From NCBI GenBank assembly GCA_013265495.1, contig MU059829.1, positions 3,720,001 to 3,784,000 of the forward strand: DNA of 64,000 nt. Direction: 5' to 3'. The position numbers were made by a program, and so were the translations under genes. Origin of the DNA: Vicugna vicugna. Lineage: Eukaryota. Under the pieces are notes generated by a model. The model made no database searches. It was given only the letters and a program-made list of their open reading frames with translations, and was not told the origin of the DNA. This document shows, piece after piece, positions 37,101-49,100 of the stretch (position 1 is its first letter; every line of letters begins with the position of its first letter).

Positions 37101-40100
37101 GCCATACGTTTAACTGAACTGCTCCACCACCGTCTGGACCGTTTTAACTACGTTCCCAATGGCATCGAACTTGGGTCCTAAGGCTAAGGTGGCACTTCGT
37201 ACAAGCCCAGAGCAATGTCGCACCTTCTCCTAAAACCCTGCAACAGCTCTGAATGCGACTCAAGAACAAATCTATCTTGTACTGTGTCCCTGCTGAAGAC
37301 GCAGTGTGTGCCGCAGCCACAGAAACACACACTGCGCCTTCGGGACTCGGCTCCCCCTGCGGGCGGGGCGGGGCTCCCTTCAGTAGAAAGAGGAAGGTTT
37401 AGTCTACCTTTGCCAGCCACCTCAAGGACAGACACGTCTTGACCTCTCTCGTCCTTCAAGGTCGCCTTATATTCACCATGGTCCTTCTTTGACAGCTGCA
37501 AACAAAACACACCCCACGTGTAGGTAACGATGCCGCGATATCCAATATAACCCACGTTAACATAGGTTCTTTGCAAACCATGGAAATTCAGGACGCAGAT
37601 CGGGAGATAACGCAGAAAGGCCTTTCTCGCCTGGTTCTGTCTGTCTCCTGAGCACACGGTACCTTTGGTATGAGCAGCTCACAGACTCCCTTCTCCAGAT
37701 CGGGCGCCTTGTCCGTCTCGTACAGAACATCATCCTTCAGCCATTTGAAAACGGTTTCCTTCTTGGTGTTTGCCACCTACAAGACGGGAATCTCAGTGTG
37801 TGAATCGCTGTGGCTCATGAGAAAAAAGTCTATTCTGCTTTTAAATCACGGACCTAAAAAAGTCAATTTTTATTATCGACAGTCTCAGATGGAAGCTCAT
37901 GGAGAAGCTGTCGGTCCTAACAGTGGCACACGCATCTCTAAACTCCAGCTTCCGAAACAGTTAAGCCCTCACAGGTCCACGCGGAAGGACAGGCAATTCC
38001 TCTTCGTTCTAACCCAGGACGTCAAACTAAGGTTCCTTGGGTTTCTATGAGATGTCAGTAATAAAACAAGCTGTAATCAGTGTATTTTAAATTTATAATC
38101 AACATAAAATATTATCCTAGGTCCATAACACTGTTTAGTGACTGCTTTTTTTTGGGCAACACGACACTCGATATGTCAACACAGAGGGAAGGAACTTTAA
38201 CACAAAGTAAGCCCAGTGTGGGCACGAGGGCTTCCCTTCTGCTAAAGTTTCTCGAAATTCAGTCTCTGCCAGGAGCCTGACCTCGAAACAAAGCTGTGCA
38301 CAATTCCAAAGGCGAGGAAACGTTTCAAGTCACCTGCTCTGACACGCACGTCCTACGGACGAGAAAGAACTCGGTTCTGAATGAGCAGAACATAGTGACC
38401 ACAGCGGACTGTGTGACTGACTGTTCTAGTTTACACCCCATGTAGACTCAGAACAGAGCTCTCCGGCGGCAGTCTCCCCTCATGGCCGGCGTCCTCCCAG
38501 TCCCCCCCCCCCACCGGCACTCAGCGCAGGCCCGTCGCTCCCCGGAGCCCCCTGCCTCCTTTCTCTCCTGCCCCTGGGCCGCGAGCAGTATGACCCCCTC
38601 CCTCACAGCCTCTGGCGACGTCACATCGCAGGGGCCCATAAACTCAGGCTTGGTCCTCCAAAAACACGACTTTATACTTCCCGATAATTCAGGCTTACTT
38701 CACTGCTGACTTGTGCAAACAAAAACTCAGGGAGCACCTGATTCCCCTACCGCACCTTTTATTTCCTAGAGAAATCAGATGAGCCGCAAGGAAATTACCA
38801 GATAAATGTCACCGCAGCACGCTTTCTCATAAACTCACTCTATCAACTGCCTGCCTGAGTCCTCCTGCAGGCCCATGGTCTGTTCAGGAAGGGCCGACAA
38901 GACCTGAAGTCTAGGTACTAACGGCCCCCCGCCCCGCCCCCCACCCTCACCCCCGAGTCTGCCGGGACCGCCTCACCCGTCCCGGGAGCGAGACGCCCAC
39001 TGCTGGCTGCTGGGGACCCGGGCCTCACCTTGCAGACAAGCCGAACTTCACACTTGTCTGTGACATCCCAGTGCAGGTACTCCGCGAAATGCGGGCCTGC
39101 GGGGCAAAGGGGGACGTTTTAAAAAGGAGGAAGTTCTAAAAATGCACACATGCGTGCACACACGCACACACACACATAAATGCATTTCTGGCAGAAGGAA
39201 GTAGCTGTTCCTCCTGAAACCAAGATCACTAGTCTCCAGGGCTCTGCGGTCAGCGTGTGGGACACTGAGACTGACGTCTGCGTTTCCAGCAGGGACCTGC
39301 CTTGTCGCTCCTCCGTGTCTAGCAGCTCTTTCTCTTTGGAAAGAAGAATAACGAAATACTATGTTTTTTTCTCTAAGGTGTGTGTCTAACTGAACAGCCA
39401 ACGGCATAGTACATACAACATCCCAGAGGAGAAGTAATAGAGGTAAGACGAAGAAAAGGCAGCTTGACCTCGCTGTCACGTAAACGCAGGTTCTACTTAC
39501 GCAGCATTTGAATTCAAGGATGAATTTATATCTTTCAAAAATATCATTTTATTTAAAATCATTGTAGAGGAAAGTTATGTGCTGTATAACACGTTCAATA
39601 CAAAAAATACAAAGCAGATTCAGACAGTATTTACTGCTTTTTTCCATATAAATATATTCTGCAAAGTTAAAAAAATCATCTTGTAGAAATGAGTCAAATA
39701 AAATCTTTTGACTAAACAATTTTAAAAACTAAAAACAAGAAAAATCAAGAATGCCTTGATTTTGTATTTTAAAATCTTTAATTTTTAAAATATTTTCAGA
39801 TATTCTAATTTTTTTCTGGAAACTATAGAAATCCCGTAATAAAATATTTTCCAAATAGACCCTTGTGTTATATTTCAGAGTCTAAAATGTATCCATTTTT
39901 CTTTGTATCTAGTTATATGCATTTTTAAAAGAATGTATTTTAAATGTATTATTTGTAATTAAAAAGCTAAAACGCCTTAAAGTTGAAACGTTCACACAAT
40001 TTTAGGTAGAACAGCGAGTCCCTGGCAGCCGGGCTCGCCCCTCCGGCCCTCTCTGCGCCTCTGCTAACAGTGCCCCCGGCCCACCCGGCCTGCGCTTCTC

Positions 40101-43100
40101 CGTCCTTTGCCACAGCCGCCGGGCTCCACCTGGACCCCAGCGGAGGCGCCCTTCCTCGGCAGTGCAGGAAAACTTGAGCCCTCAGCAGCAGCCCCCGCGG
40201 CTGTTCAGGGTGAAGCCAGGAAACGTGCAGACGAAACAAAGGCAAAGATCCAGGAACAGGAAAGCACCCCGTTTCTACAGAGCCTCTAAAATCGCACTTG
40301 GAGTCTCTCGGCGGCCAGCAGGACCCGCTCCCAGCAGCCACTCAAACCCTGAACCTCTGCCTCATGTTCGCGGTGAGGGAGCAGATCACCTACCTTGTTT
40401 CCTGAGAAACTCCTTTCTTTGAAATTCAGCCTCTTTCAGGACTGCCTTGAACGCTAAACCCGATATTTAAAGGGAAAAAGAAAAAGAAATGAACACGTTT
40501 GCTTGCTGCAGTGAGAAGACCTTCCTTTGACTCCCCCTCACGGACGCAGCGATACCGTCTCCGATGAGAACCAGAGAGGACTGGCTTTTGGCCTTCCCGT
40601 CGTGGAGCTGCACAGTGTAGGTCCCTTCGTTGTCCTCGGTGAACCGGTCCATCACCATCTCAACAATGCCGGTGGACTTGTCGCACTTGATCCTGTGCGC
40701 CTGGGAGCAGGGGGGAGCGGGGTGGTCACCGAAAGCCCCTCCTCCAGCCTTCCCTCCGGCCCCGTCGGCCCTTCAGGGCTTGTGACTCGCAACAAACACA
40801 AAGTGAGGGGCGGAGGGATAAACTGGGGGTTCTGGATTTGCGGGTGCACACCCCTGCATGTAAAAGAGACAAACACAAGGTCCTACTGTGCAGCACAGGG
40901 AACTATATTCAGTACCTCGTAACGGCCTAGGATGAAAAGGAATACGAAAAGGAACACACGTATAGATGTTTAACTGAATCACTGTGCTGCGCGCCAGAAA
41001 CTAACGCAACATCATAAACCAACTACACTTCAATTAAGCCCCCCTGTCCTTCCAGGCCACACCTCACAGGGGGTCCATCTGTCCACCCAGCACAGGGCCC
41101 GGCGGGTGACAGCACCACACAAGTGCTGGTTGAACCCCCAACGAGGAAGCCCGCCTGAGGCCTGTCAGCCCACGTAGCTGTCGGGGGCTGAGCCGCTCTC
41201 CGGACACTGCTTTGTGATATGGAGCAAGTTTTCTTTAGGGACATTCTGATGCCCAGCACGTCCCAGCCTTCATGTCCAGGGACAGACGCTGGACCAGCCT
41301 TCATCCAGGCAACGTGTGTAATAACAAAGCAGTGCCTACTGTGTTCAAGGCGGGGCTGGGAACACAAGGGGCCCGGGCATGGCCTCGGGGCTGCCAGCCC
41401 AGTGGGGAGACATGAGGCTGCCCAGTCACCAGGACAGGGCGGGGAAGGGCGCGAGGACCTGCGGGGGCAGCAGGAGGCTGGTGGGGAGCCACCGTCCATC
41501 CACCTTGAGCCTGGGAAGCCTTCCCCCATCGGGCCGAGCCCTCCCTTTTGCACATGAAGCCTCAGTGAAACCAGGCACTGGTGCGTGTGGCCCCCCCCAG
41601 CCTAGCTGGTCCGGCCGCCTGCCCTCAGCACCACCACAGCACCAGGGTTGATGTCCCCAGACTCTACAGCCCCCATCCGGGCAGCCTCCCCCGGGGACCC
41701 TTTCCCAATGCCGCCCAGCCCGCCCAGAGCTCAGGTCTCCTTCTGACTCACTCTCACCGCCTGCGATGAGCTACAGGGACTGAGACGTTTAACGGGTGCT
41801 GACAGACTAGGTTTTATCCACCCGGATATGATGTCTGCAATCAAGTGGGTCTCGGAGCAGGAGGAACAGGTCCCCATGAATGAGTCGTCCTGGACGCAGT
41901 CGTCATGCAGGGACTCCCGACAGGCTAGGGGCGCCAGGCCCGGGCCACCCCCGGGGGAACACGGCCCACAAGCTCCCTGGGGGCTGCTTCCTCTGGCCTT
42001 GACCACCCCCACCCGACTCCCAGAGTGAGCAATAGGGCAGTAACCTTTGCTGCTGACCTTTCCTGCAGGCCTTCCTTCCCAAGGGAGCCCAGCTGGGATT
42101 TAAGGGATGGCTTCCCCGCCTGGATAATGTGCATATGCATGCGTACGTGTATTCCTTTCCGTGTTCTTTTCATTACGAGCCACGACAAGGTGCTGAATAT
42201 GGTCCCCTGTGCTGTACCACAATTCTTACAGTGTCACTGTCCTCGTGGGGAAGACCGACTGGGCAAGAAGACTCACACCACCTTCACACGTCCACACTCG
42301 ACTTCTTCTCGAGACATACTCATCCAACCATCCCAGCTTTACTCAACACCCATCCGACACCCAGCTCGACAGGGCCAGGAGCCCGGCTCAGAGGAAGGGT
42401 AAGTGGGCTGCCCACCTGGCAGGAGCGACTCCTGCGTCTCTTCCGTTAACATCTGGGCACACGGGTGAGGCAGTTAGGACTCAGCAGGGTCTAAGCAGAC
42501 ACAACGCCTTGGGTGTCGGGGGAGAGCGGAGAAGGCAAAGGTGGTGGGATCAGAGAGACCCCAAGGGCACCCTCGAACAATCAGGAGAGGCCCCTTCACA
42601 CAGGCTGACTTTTAACTGGGTTCCCAGCTGTCCTGCAGGGACAGACAAGGATGGACGGAAACAGCCAACGCTCCAGAGCCGAAAAAGGGGTCCTCGTAAC
42701 AGTCGCTCAATGAAAAGTAGGACCAGGGCAAAGTGTGTGCGTCAGGCTTGCTCTTCAGTTCTCTCTGCCCGCATTTACCAGCAGGAAGCAGCCCGAGGCT
42801 CCTGGAAGGTGCAGAACCTAGTTTCCCAGCCGAGGTCTCCCACGAGGGGCTCGCAGCGGGAGGGGGGCCTGGGGAGGCACTGCTCACCTCCGAGCACAAG
42901 CACACGCCCTCACAACCACCATCAAGAGCAAACAAACCAACAGCAAGGTTCTACCGTGCAGCACGGGGAACAACGTGCAGTAGCTTGTAACAGGCCGTGA
43001 GGAGAAAGATCACACGTGTACGTGCAGCTGAACCACTGTGCTGCACGCCAGAAGCTGACTCAACACTGGGCATCAACCACACTTCAACTAAGAAAGAGCA

Positions 43101-46100
43101 AATTAACGTCCATCAAAGATGCTGAACCTGAACCTTTTCACAAAACCAGGCTCAACGTCCCTAGAACATAGTTTGTCGTTTTTCAGTTCCAACAGACTTG
43201 ACTTAACGAACTCCCGATCTCTTCTCCAACTCGGACCAAATCTCCGAGCCCCGCAGGAACCAGTCGTCTCTCGTCCGCCTTGCCGAGCTTCCACACCCCC
43301 GTCTCCACAGCTCCGAAAGGGCGGGAAACAAACACAGATGACCGACTTCCAGGAGCTGACCTCCCCGAGGAGCACCGGCCCGCTCCGAGGCCAGAGAGCC
43401 CTCCCGCGTGGACTCACCTCGCTGTCAGACACCTCTCTGTCATTAATGACAAAGCGGTAGCTGGCATCTGGCGACAAGTGCTCAGCCTGGAGCCAGAAGC
43501 GGACCTGGCCCTTATCAAAAACCTCATAAGCTAATTCCGACTTCAGAGGGATTGCTGGAGGAAGAAAAGAGCCACGGTCAGTGAGGCGTGAGCCCTCGAG
43601 AGAGAACAGCTGCTTGTCGGACGAAGTGCCCATCTTGGTTATTAAACTTTTTGAGAATGTGCGACCCTGGGGTGTTGAATTGGGTTATGAAGGGAACTCT
43701 AGCCCGGCGTCGCACCCCAAGCCCTCGAGCCTGGGCCAGTGGCCGGGAGGGTGTGCTCTTCCTGCACTCTGTGTAATCCGACAGCTGAAGGTCCATCAGA
43801 CACAAACCTCACTTGGATTAAACGGCCACAGTAAACCCCACACGGGCAATGGAAATTCCTGCAAGTTACAATACTAGCTGACCCTTGTCTTCAACCAGCT
43901 GTTGACAAGGCGGGAAGCCGGGAGCGTAAGATGAGGCCAGCCTGTCCCCTCGGGCCCCTCCCAGAGCCGCACACGGGGTGAAGGGCCCCGCCCAGGGTGC
44001 AGCCCTGCCTCCGGTGACCCAGGCTCACTTACTGGGATTCTTTATCTCATTGCTCAGCGCCATCAGACGGTCCAGCTCTAGAATTAAGGACAAGATAATC
44101 ACTCATTTTGACCTATAGGTTCAGAAGTTTCTCAACAGCAAAGCTAGACAAAGCAGAGGCTTGACATCACCGAGGTTTAATTTGAGGCTGTGAGAGAAAT
44201 GTGAGCTGGGAGTGGGACGGAGAGGAGGGGTAACTAGCTCCGAACACTCCCTCCAGTCTGTTAGCGGCAGACCCCACTCAGATCCTCACCATTTAAATAC
44301 CCGGCTTACTAACGGGATGGGTTAGGACGGGTCAGGGCAGAGGCCCGGAGGTGCGGGGTCTGGGGCGGGGTGGTACATCCCCTCAGAGAGGAGGTGGAAG
44401 GAGATCCCTCCCGGACCCTCGCATTCCGCATGAACTGCTTCCTAAAGTGGGTCTGGCTGGCGAGAACGTGGGTGGTCTCTGCTTTGCCTTCTCCTTTCAG
44501 TGTCCTGCTCGGATCCCTCTCACCCACCCAGAATGTCCCGTGGTGCATTACGTGGGGAAGAACCAAAACCGAACAAAGCATTGCTCCTGAGAGTCCCAAG
44601 AGCAAGTTAAGAAAAACCGAAGGTTCATTTCTTCCCTTCTCTTTCCTTCCCTCTTAAAGTTAGAACTGAGAAACGAGACTGTGGTCACGAAGGTCTGTAG
44701 CTCCTGTTCATCTGAACTGAACAACGAAGCCAACCTCCCGTGACCGACAGTAACTGGACCTGGTCTCATCTGACAGAGAGGACCGACTCTCCCAACTCCG
44801 TCTCACGGAAGGAACCCCCAGAAATTGAACCAGCTTAAGCTGCAGCATCAGGGTTTTGCCCAAAATATATCTGAGGGCCACAAACAGTACAAAATGCACC
44901 AGAAATGCTCATCCTTCGCAAGTATTTAAAATTAAGGTTGAAAATGTCATCTGCAAACTTCCAAAGGGTGCCGAGGTGTACATCACTTTCAGAATCTTTA
45001 CGGATGGTTTGTGCTTAAAAAGCTGTTTGAAGACCACTGAGTTGGGGTTCCAAAGGGGAGCTTAAGGAGATGCGAGTGGATTCTGGCCTGTTCCTGCCTG
45101 ACTGTGAGCAGGGAGCTTCCCGGCTCCGTGCTGCCCCCCGCTGTGCTCCGGCTGGTCCTGCAGCAGCTCACCCGGTTCACCCAGCGTCCACGCGGGACCT
45201 GTGGACGCCTGCAGCCAGCCGTCAGCTGAGCTCTCCTCCCCCGACCCCCTCGGCTCCCTGAATCCCGTCCTGGGACCACACCCTTAGCTGCCTGCCAACC
45301 AAGATGCCAGCTGGTAAGGGACGGATTTTCTTATCAAGCTTGAGGCATTTTGACTGAGGACTGTCGGAGACTCAGAAGCTTTCAAAGACCCAACAAACCG
45401 TGTAGATCTGAGGATTCTGTCCAGTGCTACCTAGCTCACTCCAGATCACTAACTGATCATCTTACAAACTCGTAAAGCTGGCTCTGACCCGCAGGTGGAG
45501 CTGACAAGAGTTGGACAGAAATGTGTCATCTCCAAAGTAATTTTGGGCTTTTGTTAAGATTCCCCGCCCCCAACTCCCACAAACACACACCCTCTTCTTG
45601 AGCAACTAAGGCTCCCCTCGTTAGCATTCACCCTCGGAAGTGTTATAAAACCAAAAGGCAAGCCGGTCCCTCTGGCGTTACCTTCTTCATCCAAGACGAG
45701 GCTGGAGGACACGCCGTCCGTGTCGCTCACGGACACAGAGTAAGTGCCTATGTCCGATTTATCCGGGTTCTTAAAGTACAGCTTTGAGCTGAAAGGGAAG
45801 AAGAGCCAGGGACGTTCATCACGGGGTCTGCAGGAGCTCGTCCGAGGGCGTGCCGGCCGGCGTCAGCGGGAACTTACTGGTCCCCCACGGTCTCCACCCT
45901 GAACCGCTCGTCGCCCGCGATGTCCTCATAGGACTTGCACCAGGTGAAGTGCGAGGCATCCGTCATCTCCTGGCAGTCGAAGCTCAGGTAGATGTTCCCC
46001 TCCTCGTCCACGCCCGCGCTCACCTCCTTGGTGCCTGCAGAGCGACAAGGCCGGAGCGTGCCTTAGGAACACGCTGTCCTGCAGGTGCCGTTTTTGGAGA

Positions 46101-49100
46101 GGCGGCGGCACCGGCAGAGAGCTCGTTTTACGCCGAGTCATCAGTTTCTGCTGTCCGTCCGCACAGGACGTCGGACAGGTGTGAAGGGGCGAGTCCTCCC
46201 CGGGCCGGTGCAGGGCGGGGCCGTTCGGGGTTTGGTTTTGCTTTAAGACGGCACGTTTCTGACCATCTCCTTTTATGGAAAAAACTCTCTGGGCTGCAGA
46301 TCCGCCCATGAGGCTCCTCCTTCTCTGTGAGACGTGACCCCTTGCCCGCTCCCGGGGCCCAGGCAGGGTGGTCACAGCACGTGTCTCACCCACCCGCCTC
46401 CACTCTCTCCACTTTGTCCTTGGGGGTGGGGAGGACGAGGGCTTGTCGGTTTGTTTGTGACTTTTTGACCCAGTGGACACCTGGCCCAACACAGGCCAGT
46501 CAGCATCTGTCCCTGGGGAATCTGGAATTGGAGGAGACGCCAGCCTGGGGCCAGGTACACAGTCTCCGTACCAGGAAGCCGGAGGAGTGGGGAGCCCGGT
46601 ACAGAGCGAAACGGAGCAGTCTCCAGGGAAAACGTGGCTGCCGGTTCCGTCGCCTTCTGGAGCCAGGGACCCACCTCCCCACGCATCCTGCGGGCTCACC
46701 TCCCGCCCCGAGAAGCAGCTCCCCGGCGGGTCCCCTCAGCCAGGCTCTGACCACTTGCAGCCAAGAAAACTGCCAACGGCTTGATCATTTCTGATCAAAG
46801 CTCCACAGTGACATGAAAGACCATTGTCACCCCTGCGTGTGGCTCCACCCCTGCCACCCCCACAGAATGACCTCGTGGCCCCGTCGCCGCCCCCCCAAAT
46901 CTCCGCTGTGGTGAGGCTCTGACCCCTGAGCAGCCGAGCAGGCAAGGCTCACCTGGCCTGGCCTCCACCAGCACCGGCTCAGACGTGTCCGAGGGCCGCC
47001 CCACGCCACTGGCGTTCACCGCCCGGACGCGGAAGACGTAGGTTTTCCCTTGGTGCAGGTCACAGACCTGGAAAGACAGACGAGACGTCACTCGTGAACA
47101 GAGCAACGAAAATGCTTTCATCACTTGTCACTTCACTGAAAACATCTGTCTTTTTAAAAATAACATGTGCTTCCCACTGGCGCAGCCACGCAGAGGACGC
47201 TGGAGAGCAGCCGGGAAGAGAGCCCCACGGGCAGCGCCACCGTCCTCTGCAAGAAAAAGCGGGGACGCTCCCGTTCTGATGTGTCCTTTGTTCCTTTTCT
47301 TGGCATATCTTAAAGCAGAATGGAAATCGTATCATCTAGTTTGTAATCGGGCGTTGCTGTGGCCCATAATTCTGTGGGACTAAAACCCACTGTACACGTG
47401 ATTTTTAACTGTGCCGAGCACCCCCCGGGGGGCACACCCTTGCACGTGTGTAGATGGCGTACACTGAAGGCGGCACGGGCAGCCACCAGTAAGGTAAGTA
47501 CGAGCTGCTTGCTAACTAACTCATTCAGGTGGATTCGCAGCCGGTTTTGTTCGCTCAGAAGGCACCGATCTTGTTTCATGCTGTCAAACCTTCCCCAGGT
47601 CTGCGCCCATTTGCCCCCTCCCCACGCGCAGCCCTGCACCCGCTCAGATGTGGCCCCTCTAAGCCACACCCCAGAGCCCACACTCTAGAGAAGAAAGCCC
47701 CGGACCAGGGCAGCGGGGTCTCCAGGTCTGAGGCCGCTGTCACAGCTGACCCCGCGATGGGTGCGCTGCAGGTGCTAAAAATGGAGATGCCGGCGGGAAA
47801 GAGGATAGAGAAGTGCACACATCGTAGTTCTGTCAGCCGTATTCACACCACGTGTCCGTGTGTGCTTCTCAGATAGACCCCACCAGCGACCACGTGAATT
47901 AAGGAAATTAAATGGGGGCGGGGGGTGGCGAGACGGAGGCCAGGTGTCACTGTGGGCTGCCCGTGAACACAGCCCGTGACCGGAGCGGGGGGTCAGGCTG
48001 GGGGAGGGAGGGAACGGGCCCGTCCAGGTGGCCCCCACGGCCCCACTCCACGCGTCTGCAGAGACACGGACACCTCCTTGAACCGCCCTGCTTCGCAGCA
48101 GGGATCCCCAGGCCACGTGCACAGCGTGCTGGGGGGTTCGAGCTGGTCGCCTACAGGAATGAAACGCGTTCCCCCAGAAGGCAACACCGTCACCTTTAAG
48201 TAACGGTTGGTGGTGGCGGCCTCATTGACGGTGATCCACTCTCCGGAATCCTCTTCCTTATAGTCCACGAAATACCCAGAAATGGGACTGCTGCCGGAGT
48301 ACACCGGGGCTTTCCAGAGCATGACCAGGGACGTGTCCCGGACCTCACAGAACGTCAGGTCGTAGGCAGGCCCTGAAAAGCAGAGCCGAGTCTGTGACGG
48401 GCGCCACCACTGGACACCTCCTTACGGACACATGGTCGCTGTCACTGCTCCTTGAAGCTACACAGTGCCTTCCCGAGAAAGCTGGTGGGAGCGGTGCTGA
48501 GCGTGGTGCTGGGGCTGAGGGAAAGCCGGGCTCACGGCCCCTGCAGCCTCATCACTCAGGCACCCTGTTTTGTTTTGCTCAGAACATGAGAATGTCCTCC
48601 ATTGTCATGGGGACCCGAAGGGACTGGACACGGAGACATTGAGGCCCAGCCCTTGTGAAGGCAGGTCTGAAATGTGGAGCCCTGAGTAAACACACATTTG
48701 TGAGAACGGTGATGCGGTTTAGAGCCAGGGGCCCAGGCTCTGGGAGGAGGAGGCCTGAGCTAACACACAAGCGGGACCAGCGTCCTGCGGTCCCCACTCG
48801 GGCCCGGCTCGCCCCTCCTCCTGGGAGCTGGCCTCCCTCTGCCCCTTTGGGAGACATGAGCCTGGACCAGGTCCACGCTGGGCCCACCTCCAGCTGCAGC
48901 ATCCTTGCCCTGGGGGAGCCGGGCTCATTCTGCAGCCGGGAGCGGGGTCCCCGCCTCTCACCTCAGCGCTAATTACTCCACATGTGTCACCCCCAGACTG
49001 CTGTCCACGCCCAGCCCAACGCCCAGCTCTGCCCAGAGCCCGGCACGCGGTGGTGACACCGGAATCCACCCACAGTGACCAAGGCCTGCTGCCTGCAGAG

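Noticed and set aside
40454-40555. 102-nt intron 26 (multiple of 3) as a possible in-frame retained intron
   Set aside because: Contains an in-frame TAA at 40467-40469, so retention would truncate rather than extend the protein.
42209-43000. 263-aa + strand ORF, and similar long ORFs (45926..46699, 50239..50967, 53832..54533, 19729..20382, 29566..30201)
   Set aside because: Low-complexity P/G/R/A/S-rich translations with no recognisable family, some running through L1 fragments. Expected where high GC depletes stop codons.
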